From the NCBI RefSeq assembly GCF_009914755.1, contig NC_060929.1: a stretch of DNA of 64,000 nt, one strand, 5' to 3'. Under the pieces are notes generated by a model that had not been told where the DNA came from, did no database searches, and worked only from the letters and a program-made list of their open reading frames with translations. The translations under genes were made by a program, and so were the position numbers. Positions within the stretch are counted from its first letter, which is position 1; each line of letters opens with the position of its first letter. Of the stretch, positions 39,316 through 54,789 are shown piece after piece. The stretch comes from the human T2T-CHM13v2.0 reference genome, Homo sapiens.

Positions 39316-40785
39316 TACTGCCATTTTTGATCAGGGAGAAAATCTCATTATTGTATTAAAGAGAAAAGACATTGGGATTAAAGAAAGAGGAGTTTTTCCC
39401 AAGAGCAATTCCTGTTTGGGCACCAAGGTGACTGACAGATACCTGCCTGCTCAAGGCTAAGCTTTTAAAACCTGGAGCCAGAGAGCTAAGGATCACTATG
39501 AGTGTCCTTGGATGAACCCAAGGATGAAGCAGGAGCTCAGATGTACTATGCTTGGGTGGACGGGGGTCAACTGTGGAATACAGTTTTTTTTTTTCCTAAA
39601 GGCATTCTACAGGTCTACAGAAGTACACGGGACAGGACTGGGGGTAATGAGATCACAATTGTCAAACTTGACCAAAAGGCAAGGCTAGAACACTCTGGAG
39701 AATATCTTCATTCTAAGGGTGTCTGTAAATACAGCTCCCTACAAATCTGATAAGAAAGCCAGAGCATGAGTCCTTTCCACTGATCCTTCCCAGAGTGGGG
39801 CTTAAAAGTAGCTTTTAAATTCCCACTGGAGAAGAGAGTAACCAAATTATCTCAAAGTCAGCTGGGAGAAGGAAAAAGAAGAGATGGAGACATGAATCCA
39901 CTTGCTTAATTCTCCACAACACAATGGTTTTGTCCAAGGTTCAGGTCTCTGGACTGGACAGTCGTTGGCCAGAAGGAGGAAGAGAAAGAGAACTGGCCAA
40001 AAAAAAAAAAAAAGAAGAAGAAAGAAATCTCTATGCCAAACAGATATCCATGGGGAAAGAGACTACAGAAAGCCAAACCATTCAAGAGGGTAAAGTCTGC
40101 AAAGGTCCATGAAAATTAACCAAAAAGTACTAAAAGCTAACATTCTAAAGATACCAAGATGCTGTACTCCTGAAAGATGAGCACCAAGAAACAGCTCCTC
40201 TCTGTTTGCTCTTTCTCTCTTCCACCAGACTGACATCACCATGGTTACAGAGAGCAGCCAGATATACAGAATTCAAGGTTCCCGGAAGAGATCAGAAGCC
40301 CGGGAAGCCCAGGGTGCCAAGGCTTAGAGAGTGTCCAGGAATCAGGCTAAACAAAGTGGGGCTGAGTTAAGTCCCAGGAATAATTTCCCTTAGTGGGAGT
40401 GGATAGAAGAGGCATTTTGGAAAACCTAGGTTCCAAAATGGTGTTACTTGGAAATCTGCAGCTAGAAATGGACAACTGAAAACCTAACCCAAATAACTAT
40501 CCAGGAGTTGTGGCTCATGCCCTTCCATAACTGTGTCAGTCTCTCCAGAAACCAACTAGAATAAAAACCTTTTCAAGGAGCACAGCAAGATATCCATCTA
40601 TAGCCCTACCTGGCAGAGAAGTCCAAATCCACGTTTATATAGACCTAAACATAGATTCTCATATGCCTTGTACCATTATACATGTATAGACCTTTAATAA
40701 AACTATCAAATGAGATCATATAAAAGGTTACTATTAGGAAACAGCAGAAGGCAGTATGAGACATCTTGCTTTTGTTATATGTGAG

Positions 40786-41262
40786 TGTAGTAAGCTAAAA
40801 ATTGCCCCCCAAAGATATCAGGCTCTAATTTCTGAAAGCTACCTATGAATGTTCCCTTATATGGCAAAGACCTTGCAAATGTGATTAAGTTAATGATCCT
40901 GAGATTGGAAGATCGTCCTAGATTATTCAGGTGGGCCCTAACTGCAGTCAAATGAATCTTTACAACAGGGAGGCAGAGGGAGACTTAGACAGAAAAGGAG
41001 AAAGCAGTGTGACCACAAAGGCAGAGATGGGAGTGATGCAGCCACATGCCAAGGAATGCCTGCAGCCATAGAAGCTGGGAAAGAGGCAAGGAAAAAACTC
41101 CCCCTCACAGCCTTCAGAGGTTGCACGGCACTGCTGACACCTTGATGTTGGCCGAGTGAAATGGAGTTCAGACTGTTCTCAGGAACTGGGAGGGAATATA
41201 TTTCTGCTCTTTTAAGCCACCAAATGTGTAGCAATTTATCACAGCAACCATAGGAAATGAAT
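40786..41262 (+). mobile_element. MLT1C/D-type MaLR LTR
   Basis: ccttatatggcaaaga..gtgattaagtt..gccaaggaatgc..acagcaaccataggaaa. Confidence 0.8.
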
Positions 41263-41692
41263 GGAAGAAAAAAGGACAAAGCACTTTCACAGAAATGGGA
41301 TTTTGCTCTATCCGCTTTTTGAAAGAAATAGCCAACAGTTCTAAAAGAAAGAAACACTTTTGGTTATTCAAAGCCATTGGGCCCGGGCCCATCAGCCAAT
41401 TTCCAGCTTGAACAATGAACAGGTGATTAAATGATAATACAATAATTTCTATATGTGGAAAAATATGCTAGCACATAATTCAATGAAGTGTAATGACAAA
41501 GCCAAAATTAGCCCAAAAGAACAAAAACTAGTGGAAAATGTCTGAAATAACTTCTATGTCTAGTCGTCATTAAGCTTATTACTGAAAAGATCCCAAGAAA
41601 GCAGCAGTGGAGGTGGGGGCAGGAGTAATCACTAACAGCAAGACCCTGAGCCTTCCCTGCTCAGAATATTCAGGGACCAAAGTTTAATAATC

Positions 41693-41816
41693 CATTCAGT
41701 TGATTGTACTCTCCATTAAGTTGTAATAAGTTAATTTCTATCCTATCCTATGTATGAATCAACATTCAGTTGATTGTACTCTCCATTAAGTTGTAATAAG
41801 TTAATTTCTATCCTAT
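41693..41816. repeat. Perfect 54-bp direct duplication with a 16-bp filler
   Basis: 41693-41746 is identical to 41763-41816. Confidence 0.92.
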
Positions 41817-42584
41817 GGGAAGTGTTTTCACAATTTCTTAAAATGTGTTTTCTTGGTCAATAAATCAAGATTCTGGGAGAATAGGTAATTAGACAAAAGT
41901 CATAACCCAGAATTGATTGTATCATTTTCTAAATGTGGCCCTGGACACCTGTGTCCATATTGCAGCAGCAAGCAGAGACAAAGACAGTTGATCTCCCACC
42001 CACAACAGTACAATGGCTGAAATGCAATTACTGGCTTTATGGAAAAGCAAAAGGGCCAGGCACCATAAATCTCAAACTGGAACACTTTGCTTTTTAATGA
42101 GTCTAAATTATTTCAACAAGCACTGGAATTAAAATCATTCAATTAGCTTCATGCTGTACTTGGAAGAAATCAGTGCCTTATAGAATTTAATTTTTATTTT
42201 GTTTATACATTCTTTGAAATGAACAATAATTTTTCTAAATTTGTTAAAAGTTTTTATTTAATTTTAAAATCCGATGATTTACCTTCTCTGTGTACTCACA
42301 TGCTTAATTCTTCAGGACACAAGATTTTGAGCAAAAGTTTTTGTGGTTTAGCTTTTCCCATTTAGGCAGATATAATTTATGGTGAAGGACAAAGATGTTG
42401 CTTGCTTATCTTGGGTAGGCTGACATGGTATGGTTTAGAAAAATAGTAAATTTATTCTGGGATAAGAAAGTATTTTTGGACTATGCCATAACAAGTATTT
42501 TCCTCACAATTATTTTGCCAAAGTATGATCTTAAGTATAATAGAGAGTGGAGGTTTCTTTCAGAAGCTGTATCCACCCATATAT

Positions 42585-42873
42585 CGCCCGGGCTGGAGCA
42601 CAGTGGCATGATCATAGCTTACTGTAACCTAGAACACCCGGGCTCAAACAATCCTCCCGCCTCTGCCTCCCGAGTAGCTGGGACTACAGACATGCCCCAC
42701 CACACCCAGCTAATTGGGTTTTTAAAAAATGTTTCATGGAGACTGGGGGGCGGAAGTGGAGAGAGGTCTTACTGCGTTGGCTAGGCTGGTCTCAAACGCC
42801 TGGCTTCAAGCAATCCTCCTGTCTCAGCCTCCCAAAGTATTGGAATTACAAGCCTGAGCTGCCGTGCTTGGCC
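42585..42873 (-). mobile_element. AluJ (tail missing, diverged)
   Basis: cgcccgggctggagcacagtggcatgatcatagc..gcctcccaaagtattggaattaca. Confidence 0.85.
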
Positions 42874-44419
42874 AAGCGTGAGTTTTATTTGCAAACGATA
42901 TGGTGGTTTTGCCTCCCCCAGTGAAGGGCGGTAGAGGGCTGGGAACATTTAGCGCTTTCAGTTAAAGGTGTGAAAGCTCACTCAACCATCAACTGCCTAA
43001 AACACTCTCCCAACTTAGTAGGTTATTGGCTTGAATTGACTCTTGAAATTAGAAAAACTTATCAAGGAAGCCAAATAGTAATCAAATCCATTTGATCATT
43101 TATACTCAACTAAATAGTTCTGAACTTCTTTTACAATTGAAATTGTTTCCTGGGTATTATTTTTTTTTCATCAACGAGATTGAAGAGGACTAGTTATAAT
43201 ATGTGTTAATAAGTGTCTTCATTAAGCATTTCAGATAAAATGTTTTGATCATCTTCACCAACTCCATAACCTGTCTGCAGGTTTCTTTTCCTTCCCAAAA
43301 TGTTCTGGAGGTGCTGGATAATAAATATGAGCCATCATAAAACAACTGAGAGTTGACCAGGGTCTTATTTGACAGAGGCCATAAAACTGTAGACTTTAGG
43401 AAAAGATTCACATTCTATTCGCATGAGAAAAAGGAGGCAGGATCTGGAAAAGGGAAAGCCAGGAAGATTAATAGTAAGTTTTTACTCTTCCCAAGTCACA
43501 AATAAATACGTGCATTTTTGAACACACAAGCTAACCAGAATTGGAATGCCTTCAGATTAACAACCATTGTACTGTACTTATGGGTGATGTTCTGTGCTTT
43601 GTCAACATAAATTTAATGTTTTAATGTTTTCTTATCTTATTTTCATAATAGACATGTATTATTTTTATACTCAGAAACTAACACACACACACACACAGAA
43701 ACATTAAGATAACTTACTCCCCTGAAAGAGCCAGAGTTAGCATTTTGGTTTATATCCTTACAGAATTCTCTCTGCACACCCCCTCTCCTCCCCACATTAT
43801 TGATGTTCTTTATGACTATTAAAGTGGAAGGGGAGACAGTATTTCAATGACATGCACAGAAATTTAACCAAACATCTTTTGTAAAAACACCTTAATTTAG
43901 CTAAAGCACTCTCAGCTGCTCTGACCCACTGGGATGAGGTTCTTGGAGCTCCCCCAGCCCCAGGCTTCATTCCTCCTCCAGCCTTTGCTATGCCAGAAAA
44001 TGAAGTGTTCGATTCCCACATGAGACCCCATTACATTTTTCTCAGCCTTCCCCTCTCATCATCACTCAGGGAAATGTATTGGAGAACACCAGGGGCTCTA
44101 CCCAAAGGGGAACAGTAAGTGGGTTATTAGGTGAAGCAAAAGTCACTGTCCTCTAACGGCCTCATTTCCATTCATTAAATTACTGTAGCACATTAGGGTA
44201 AGCACAGTGTCCTAGAAAATTGCCTTCGCCTGTGAAACTCGACTTTCAGCTATTAGGAGAGGAAAGGAATTTCTCACATTTCCAAGAATGAAAAGATAAT
44301 AACATAAGCCTTAGCTACCATTTATTTAGTGTTTGCTATATGTGGGGAAATGTGTCAAGCATTTGTTATCTATACATCTATTATCTGTCTTATTCCACAT
44401 TTAAACACTAGAAGGAAGT

Positions 44420-44740
44420 CATGGCTTAGTTGACAGGAGTATGACCTAGAGTCAGGGGCCCTGGGTTCAAATCCTAGCTCTGCTACTTATAACCTGAGCA
44501 CCTGTGGACAAGTTGTTTAACCTTCCTGTGCTTTAGGATCTAAGTCTGTAAGTGGAGATAATAGTAATATAATAGAAGGCTTAGAACAGTGCTTGGTACA
44601 TGGTTAATGTTCAAAATGCTGTCAACTATTATTGCTATTATTTTTCCCATTTTACAGATGAGGAAACTAAGGTTTAAAGCATGGGTAATTTGCCCTAAGT
44701 CACAGAACTAATCCAGACCTTCTGACTTTAGAGGCCAAGG
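44420..44740. mobile_element. MIR fragments
   Basis: ctgggttcaaatcctagctctgctactta and cccattttacagatgaggaaactaagg. Confidence 0.7.
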
Positions 44741-46682
44741 AACTTGTGCTCAGTCAGTAAGTAGTCAGCAGTAGATCAAAGAGCAGCAACAGGGTGCCTG
44801 ATTCCTAAATTATAAGCTCTCTCTGCCCATCACACACTAAAGGTGTAGAAAGTGTGGGTTACTGTGCTGAATTTCTATAGACTGTAAATTTATCTTAGAT
44901 GTTCCTTTCAGGAGAAAGAAATTGTCATACCCAGGAGTGTGTGCCTTGTATAAAAAGCCTTATAAACATTCTAATGTTGTACATGATAAAACAATCTCTC
45001 ATCTGTCCTTTGAGTGTAAGCACTGGACCAGGTCCCTGGTGTGGCAGGTGTACATGTGGGAGAGGAAAGGGTGTGTGGTGAGAAAAGCCAGACGCTCAGT
45101 CTATTCAGGAAGGAGAGCAAAACTCTCTCTCCACCCTTCACTCATCGGACTTCCCAGGTTGTGCTTCTAGACAGAAGCCTTCTCCCATCTCCATATGGAC
45201 CAGCAATCAAGAGCCTTTCATCCTAGACACCCCTGTGTGGCCCTGAACCTTAATATAACACGTCGCCTGCTCTGGTTCCACCATCACTTTTTCCCCCCTG
45301 CTGCAAGGACAGCAATGCCCAAGAGAAGGGCTGCTCCTTCAACTCAGATGCTGGAATAAGGATGACATGTAGAGCAGACCCGTAGCCAGCCCACACGAAT
45401 GGATGACATAAGCGAGATACATTTTTGTTATTGTAGGCTGCTGAGATTTGTTTGTCACTGCAGCATAATCTAGAGGATCCTGGCTACTGTGTCCACTGTT
45501 TGGATCATATTGATCTAAAATATCATATATTTGCAAAAGTAGTTGAAAATAATGCTTGCAATGATTGTATTCAATTAAAAAAAAACTAGGGCTACAGCCA
45601 AAGCATCTTTATATGACTGTATAAAGAAATCTTTATATGACTGTATATAGAAATTTTGTCAGTATTCTAAATGCAAACTGACCCTGGACATGTTTTGATG
45701 TCCTTGGGAACATTTCAGCTCCCCCGAACAATGGAGTTTTAATTCTAATCCTTTTTTTCCTCTTCTGGGTGCATCTGTGAGCTAGAGAATTCATACCTCC
45801 CTTTTCGGCATCACATTCAGAGCTTTAACTAGTCATGACCAGTTCTCTTAAATGCATCCCAGACAAAGGCAATTGCAAAGCAAAAGCCACATTCAACTTT
45901 GCCACATCATACTGGAGAGAAATGGCTCAAAGGTTAATGGCAGACATATGGTTTACACTTGCTATTTCCTCTAAGCTTAACTTTGGATTTTTTTATTCCT
46001 TAGTTGTGTAAAGCTATAGCCAAATCAGCTCTCAGATGCATGTATATACTGTTTCAGAATGGAAAAAGAAAGTTGAATGGCAAACAAGTGAAAGAGTTGT
46101 ATTCAAGAAGACTATTTGGAAACATAGATTTTTAGAAAATAAAATCACATGTAAGTAAACATGTCTGGTCAGTCAGATTCCTGGCTAGAATGCAAAAAAA
46201 AAAAAAAGTTTGAAGGCTTAGCCAGTTAAATAAGAAAGTATGTGGTGGTAGTAGTGGTAAGCACCAGTGAAGTTTAAAACAAATGGCTTCAAGTACAGAT
46301 TATACACACACATATTTATAAAGACACACTTATAATATATTAAATAATGTATATAATATTACATATTAAATATAAACGCAAACACTTATATCCTGCAGGA
46401 CTTATTCCTGCAACTATGCTTTGGATTTTAAGTCACTCTTCAGTGATAAAGGGATCCCTTTTTATTTATTAAATACACAGTTTAAATTTTCTCGGTGTTT
46501 TCTAACAATTATGTCTTGTATGCTCCCTACAGATTGTCCAGTTTTAAAACCTGCACAGCTGAAATGAGTAATTGCCTGGGCAAAGGGTCACACCTGCTTG
46601 GTTTAACAGGATGCAGACAAATGAGAGGCCCGCCTCGCAGAGATGCTCAGCCCGGCTCAGCAGCACAGACGTCAGGACTCAC

Positions 46683-46855
46683 CAGATATTGGGTAAAAAC
46701 AGAAACTTCCTCTGTGCTGCTGTCAGAGTTCAGTCTCACCAACCTCCTGAGTCTAGGGGAACTTACGACTGGAAAAGTTATAGTTCTGTTTCCCGCACTG
46801 TCCACATCATTGGTCACAGCTTTCAGGTCATGAGATGAAAGGGGCTTCACAGAAC
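46683..46855 (-). pseudogene. CSPG4BP: CSPG4-paralogue exon (exon 8 equivalent), 173 bp, open frame
   Basis: Acceptor tttaatcttcacttag|GT and donor CTG|gtgagt. Peptide GSVKPLSSHDLKAVTNDVDSAGNRTITFPVVSSPRLRRLVRLNSDSSTEEVSVFTQYL matches CSPG4 GSVQPLSSQTLRA..GPQLGRL..NFTQAE. It ends in phase 0, matching the next exon. Confidence 0.85.
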
Positions 46856-49800
46856 CTAAGTGAAGATTAAAACATGTATATGAGTATAAAGCACAGAAAA
46901 GCTGCCAGTTAACAAAATAATCTGTATAGATCCCTGAAAACTCTCTGGAAAACACTTGGTTATAACTTGGTTGTAATAGGGGGCACTGGCTAGCTCTAAC
47001 TTGAAACTGGGCTATAAGATTCTAGTGATCCCTGAGGCATCTATCTGTGGACATAATTTGCTACTAGGGCCCCAGATGAAACAGGCTTATTACCCCCAGC
47101 CCAGGCCTAGGTGTCTGATCCCTAGAGAAAGAAGGCAATGCCTGGCTATGTGGCCCCAGGCTCAGCTCCCAGTACATGAAAGGGAAAGCAAACTGTGTAG
47201 TGCCGAGAACACAGGAGATAGCACTCTCCCCTTGGAGGATGGGTAGAGGGGTCCTGGCCTGATGGCAGCTGTAGGTGCTCAATGGAGTGCCCATCTGCTG
47301 ATATCTAGGGGCAGACGGTGGCTCTTGAACAAACGTGAGACATCTCCTGGGGACCCTGACAAATGCATGGACATTGTGGGGAGGGAAGGGCACATGTGAA
47401 TGCCATGGGGGGAAGAACCAGTGACACATGGCTTTGTGTGCTGTGACCTCATTAGTAACCAAAGGCCAGAGAGACTTGGGGACACTCAAGTTAGAGCCAG
47501 AGAGGCTTGGGAACGTTCAAATGCTCTGTGGTAAAGGATCAGTGTTACCTAATTCACCATGGACAAATAATTTTATAAAATACAATAAAAATGTTACAGC
47601 AACATCAACTTGCTATACAAATTTCTAAACACTTCCTGTTGCTTTCGGTTCTTATTGGTTCACAGACTGGAAGGCCCGTGGACCACATTTAGAGGAGCAC
47701 AGAGTTGGAGTACATATCCCTTTACTTTGCAATGATTTGGGGAACATCTCTAACCTTACAGGATGGCAGGTCTGAAATTGACTCACGTGGTTCTTCCAGC
47801 CCAGAATCTTCTCTCATCTCGTTTGTTTGAGCCTTTGCTAAAGGTTTTAGCATTAGGCCTTCGCAGGATAGCCCTCTGAAAAGGCACTTTATAAATTGTT
47901 TATGAAGTTGAGTTAACTATCTAACAATAACTAAGCTTCCTGAATGACATCCTGTTTTGCTTTCCTTGCTCAGCCATTGTAGTCTTAGAGAGCAAGGGCC
48001 ATCAACCATAGTACTCAAACTACACTAGGCACTGGCTAAGTCCAAGGAGACACCAGCATTGTATCTGCAAGATTTCCAAACTTGCAAGGATTGTCCTAAG
48101 CCTTCAATTTGGAGGCTCCATTTATAGTGTCTGAGAACTTTGGGATGGACACTCGGTCCTGGGTCTCCTTGGGGGTGAAGGTAAGAGTGCCTGGGCAAGT
48201 CAGCCCAGGAACACAGCTCCGCGCCAAGTTCAGGACTGTCTTGGCACACGTTTGTTTATTACACAACATGCTCATATGATGCTGGTAACTGCCACCCGCA
48301 TTCCTTTCACTTCTTGCTGCTGACATTTTTTGCAGTCATTGCCAACCTCTGGCTTCTGGAGCTGGGAGGCTAGAATCAGAGGTCACTCCAGGGAGACTAA
48401 GCGCAGTGTTTCTGTGCCCTCAGTCTATGCTAATAAAGCCATACTGGGGACCTTCCTTTGTCACCTGTCAAAGTAGAATGCCCCTTCCTATCAGATGGAT
48501 TATGTCTCTAATGTGTGTGGTCTCTGGCCACCCCAACATCCAACTTGTCCATCTTCAGTTTTTCTTAGAAACCTTTCCCCACTGTGCCTTTTTTCTTATA
48601 AAAGGCACTGATTTATAATTCACTTGTTCCATCATGTCCAGAGTTGCCTTTGGCAGGTAGGACTCTTTTTAAAATACATATTATTTCATTTATCTCAGCC
48701 TTTTGGAGTAGAGGAGCCACCAGAGTTGTCCCAGGCCAAGAGTGCTTTTCTCTCAGCCATAGTACCTCAATCTTCATCCTCTTCTCCAGCTACCTAAGCC
48801 AGAAGGGTATCTAGGTTTAATTCCTACTCAGCAGTCACTCTGAACATGTTCAGTAAGCTAGTGCTCACCCCTGGTTGCAATTGCCTGACAAGCCTCTCTT
48901 ATGACCCAGCCCAACTCTCTGAAAGACAAGCATCATTTCCCTCCTGCCCACTGCATTTCATCCAAGCAGTTCATATTTTCATCAGTGAGCTCCAGGCATT
49001 TAATTTGGAAATAATTTCTCTAAGGTCCTACCTAAATCTATATCCATAGAATAACTGCCTAATAAAGGGTATGGTCATAAGAGGCTCTGAAACCACATCT
49101 GTTTGGCAAGACTTCACTCTGTATGCCCTTCATGGAGATTTGAAAAAGCAAATCTATATTCTGAAGTCTCTGAGAAGTCATGGAGTAAAGAAATCTGTTT
49201 TATTCTCCTTATAAACACAGGATTTCTCAAAATCCTTGTATCCCAGCATGTTTGTTTCAAGAAAAACCATAGCCAGGTTTTCATGGGCACTAGGCTTGGA
49301 AGCCTTAGATATTTCTTCAGTAAACACTATCAGGTACCTAATATGTGAAAGGCCCTACAATGAGAAGCAGAGATCTAACAAGACACAGCCCTACCCTCTC
49401 TTTTAGATATCATAACCCTAAGAAGTATGCATTTGTTTCCTCATCACTAAGAAGGGATGATAAGGCTTAGCACAGTTAAGCAAATTCCTTGAGGGTCAAG
49501 TGTAAGTCTCGCTGACTCAGAAGTGAGTATTTATTTTTAAGTTGACGCTATCTCATCTATACTCTTCTACTTAGAACTCAATGGGGGAAATGATATCTGA
49601 GTCAGGAAACAATGTGATTAACCATTCAAGAAATCTGACTTATTCTCCTCCCCACCTTCCAAACCTATCCTTCCTTCCCTGGGTCTTCACTTCATAGTCT
49701 TGCTGTCGTCCCTGGAGTGCCCTCCCCTCCTCGACACCACCCACCAAAATGCTGTTCATTCTGAAGGGGCAGCTCGAGGCTTGTCTTGGCCAACAAGCTC

Positions 49801-51197
49801 CCTTTGACCCTTGCAGTCTAGGGGAAATTTCCCTCCTCCGAATTCCTGCAGCTTACCCATTCTGTACCACTCACTGGACACTTACTATATGTTTTACATG
49901 GTTAGTGTACTCCTGAGTGTAGAGCTCTCATTTCACCAATTAATAGGCCTTTAATTACTTCCTTGAGGATTGACAATCTTTTCTCATAGTTCTTGGTTAC
50001 CTCCCACTAAATCTTACAATATACAATTCAGTGTTTCAAGAGCCACTGACTAAAAGGTTTACAAATCCCTGCTCTAAACCCTTTAGTAACACACTGTGAG
50101 TCCCTCTCCTTTCTTTTCTCCTTCAGTTCTTGCCATGGACGACAGACAGCTGGTGGTGAGATGTAGCTCCTTCTATCTCATGACCAGAGATTGAAGTCAC
50201 AGACTTTTCCAGGAAGACCCTTGCCTGAAGGGCTGCTTAACTCTGGGTCTATGTAAGCCTGTATTCTAGACCATTCTAAACAAAACTCTCAAGTTCAATC
50301 CCTCCCCAGTACTTTTTTTTAAAAAAGCCAAGTACAATTTGGATAAGTAGAAAAACTAGGTCCTAAAGCCACAGTATATTCCAACACACCACCACCAAAG
50401 ATAAACAAACAAAATCAATGGCAGCATTCAAGGTGAAAAACTGGTTATAAAACTCCTTTCTGGGGAGTAAAGTTTACAGAAAGAAATAGAATGTGTTTCA
50501 ATTTATATACGTATAAAATATAACAAAACGAAAATACACTTCGGGTAAATTTTTTTCTTAGTTCATAAAAAAATGTTCATTTAGAACTATAATCCTTCTA
50601 CTTTAAAATAAGCAACTTGACAGATAATTTTCAAATTTGTCAGGGCATAGAAGTCACGGTTAACCTCAAAACATTCACCATACTAAGTATTATAGTAATT
50701 ATTTTGGCTTACCATGCAAATTCTGTGAGTCTCAAGCTAGGGCCACTTTTTAAGGCTGGGTGCAAGAAGGAAGCAAAAGAGAAATAGCCAAAGTTGGACA
50801 AGCTGGTAGAGGAAGTCTGACTAGTAGGGGATAAATGTGAGTCAAAAAAAATTTGTTGACTAATGCCAGGTTGCAATATTTCCCTAACGAAGGAGAGTAA
50901 AACACAGAATTTCTACATAATCGCTGCTTATTAAATTGCTATACATATTTTCCTGGTTGTGCATGTCAAAATTCTTCAGTAATATCGAGAAGGAGATAAA
51001 ATAAACAGCTACCATGACGGCCGCATTCTCAGGAAACCAACATTCTACAGCAGAGACAGCCCTGGGACACCAGCCCAGACATACAGCAGAGGAGCGGCCC
51101 CATGCAAGAATGGGATTTGGAGTCGGAGTTTGCACTCAGTCATGAGCTTTAGGATCCCTATTAGTTACATGACCTTGAGCCTTCCCAAGCCTCCATG

Positions 51198-51463
<266 letters not shown>

Positions 51464-52902
51464 TAAATCCTTATAGCAACCCAGTGCAATAGATAAACAA
51501 TATAAAACACTATAAAGACACACAATAATTACCTGCACTTCTAATTATTTCACTATCTCAAGCTAGCTATACTCTGCTAAGAGGGGAAAGAGAAAAAGGG
51601 AAAGACCCAGCCCTGCTTTTGTGAAATTTCTACAAGAAGAGAATTCTACTCCCACGCTCCTATCAAGGGATTAGTGATATCAGTAAAGTTATAAATTAAC
51701 TTATGTGCAAAGCTGAAATTGAGATGGATCCGCTATCGATCCAGTTCCCAGGAATGCTTTACCAATCTGACTCACAAAGCACCAGGCAAGATTCCTATGC
51801 AGACAGCCTAACGTTCATATCCACATCATCCCCTGAAAACGTCCACCCAGCAGTACATTTGGAGGCCCACAGGTCCTTGCATCATGGAATGGGTAGAAAT
51901 GTATCTTTGTTACCCTCAGGGACCACGTGGCAGGGAACAAAGGAGACATAGTCAGACTCTGCAATTCTGTACAAGTACTCCCTAGAAACATGATTTAATA
52001 AAAGGTAGGTCAATAGCATAACAAGCTCTCAGGTCCTTGTTATCTAAGCAAACCCTGAGAGTTCTGATTCCTCACACACACACACACAAAAGGTTACAGA
52101 CTGTTAAAAAAAATTCCCAATATACTCAAAAGTCACCATTTTAAAAAGAGAGAGAGAGAGAAGTCTGAGTCTGATTCATAACAGGGGTCCAAAACCAAAT
52201 GTTCTTTTTCATTTGCTTGTTTTACTAGAAATAGCACTTTGAAAGTTGTATTTAATGAAACACGCAATTAAGGAGGGAACATTTTCTGCCATTAGACACT
52301 TTGAACTCTTCATTAATCCGGAAACAAAATGGAGATGGAATCAAAAGAATGACATCAAAACGAATATAGAATTTTGTACTGGGTGTGCTCTAACAGACTA
52401 TGACCAAATAAAGATAAAGAGGGAAACACAAACAGCAGGGTTGACCTGTGCATTTTCTACTGTACAATCTCAGATTTTTCCTGATAGACCTTCCAGAAGG
52501 GTGACCTTATGTAAATCACTTAGCCTCCCACATCTTGGTTTTATCAACCTACTTAGGTTGTTATGTGGAATAATGAATTCAATTAATGGTGGAGCACTTT
52601 GCAAATATGAAAGGCTAAGAGAGACTACTTAAGCCCAAGTCTTTGTTTGTGGCTGATGATGGACAGATGCACCAGGGGAGAACCAGCTGGTTTCAGCAAC
52701 AGCCTCATCTGCAGCTGGGCTGCAGCCACTTTGAGGGTTATTAGTTGCCTCCATATCCATTTAGAAAATGTAATGGATTGGCTCTCACGTTTAGCTTGCC
52801 TTTAACTCTCTTTGCTACTTTTCTAGGAGAAATTATTTTCTCTACTCACCAAAAGCAAATATTGACCTGGTAGTGGACAAATAAATCAATCCAGCAAGCT
52901 AA

Positions 52903-53306
<404 letters not shown>

Positions 53307-54789
53307 GTTTATCTCGAAAATGGAGTCATTCCTTCCTATGGCCCAGAGGACTTCAGATGATGAAAAGACATGGATGGCAGAACTGCACCTCCTGTGGTGC
53401 CTGACAGGTGGTAGTGAGTCAATGATTCCTTTCTATTGTGGATTTCACAGTTTTAGAAAACCAAAACTTCTTTTGTGCAAGTCTCTAGAGCAGTCATCTC
53501 CATTTTGAAAATATGATAATCCTTTCATAAAAATGAAAAACTTTCTAGGCCCTCACCTAACAATACTTATATAATACTAACAATACATAATTGGCAGAAA
53601 CTTCCTATCAATTCAGTGCCTCTTCAGATGAACTGTATTGTATTTAATCAGCACATCTTCACACATTTGAAAAACAGAAACATGTATGTGGAAAATACCA
53701 TTCAGTCTAGAAACTATGCTTTGGTACATATGTAGGTAGATTTAGGACCTTGTGGCAATGAAGCTAACCTCCACGAATCCAGGCTACAGGTTTGGAACTA
53801 CTAGGTGAGAGCATTTGCATAGTAAATTATTTTCCGATTCTTTGGGGATCCTTTGCATTAACTGTGAAGGTAGTCAGGAAATTACTTCATTTGGATTTAG
53901 AGGATATTTTACCTTTATTTTCTTTGCTGTATTTTCAAAGAAGATAATTTGAAATAACTGAAAACAGAGCTTTTTTAACTTTCTCATCCAGCCCTCCTAG
54001 CTCATGCTCCCTCCCATTCCTGCTGCAGACTGGAATGGCCTGCTTCTCCTCTGACAGGGGAGAACAAACCCTTGCAGAGTGGCTGGGTCACCTTCAGCAG
54101 ATTTACAGCAGTCATTTGGCCTATTGATTTATTGATGAACAGGAGGAAGAAGACAAGGCCTTTCAAAGTCAGGATCTCTTAAAATTAAAGTTATATTAAT
54201 TAATTAATTCATTCACACATTCATTCATTGAACAAATATCTCTTTGTTTTGTTTACTAATGTATTCCTAACATCTGGAACATATAACTGGATACATAATA
54301 GGTGTTCAATATTATTTCATTCTTTCAACAAATTTTTATTAAGCACCTACTATGTTTTATTAAGCACTGCTAGGTGCTAAGGATACAACAATGAACAAAA
54401 CAAAGATTCTGCCCTTATAATCTATAGGGAAAGACAGACAACAAACAAATATCCAATTCAATCTATACTATAAGGTCAGGTATTCTGGGAAAGGGATGGA
54501 AAGTGGCAGAGAAGGGATGCTATTTTAGTGGTGTTCAGGAAAAGGCTCTCAGAGAAGCTTATATTTGAGCACATTACTTACTTAAATTTGACAATTTGAG
54601 TAAGTAAAATGAGAGTTATAGGAATGCTAATATTTGCTATCATTAGCCTTACTAAAACATGTCACTTTTTTAAAAAGTCCAGTGCCTGGAAAGTTTCTAC
54701 ATGGCCTGTAGTTTTCAGTCATATGACCATCACATTAACCACTGATTAAAGTGCATTTTAGTTTCACATTGTTTTTCTCTATAACATAG

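Noticed and set aside
41693-41816. Direct repeats as a CRISPR-like array
   Set aside because: Only two copies, in a primate context, with no cas genes.
45605-45654. 24-bp tandem duplication (atctttatatgactgtata..)
   Set aside because: An ordinary slippage duplication with no sign of function.
48465-48587. Candidate exon 7 (GTVGKGF*..KGHSTLT, minus strand)
   Set aside because: Only faint similarity at the ends, two stops, and a purine-rich acceptor region. Probably chance.
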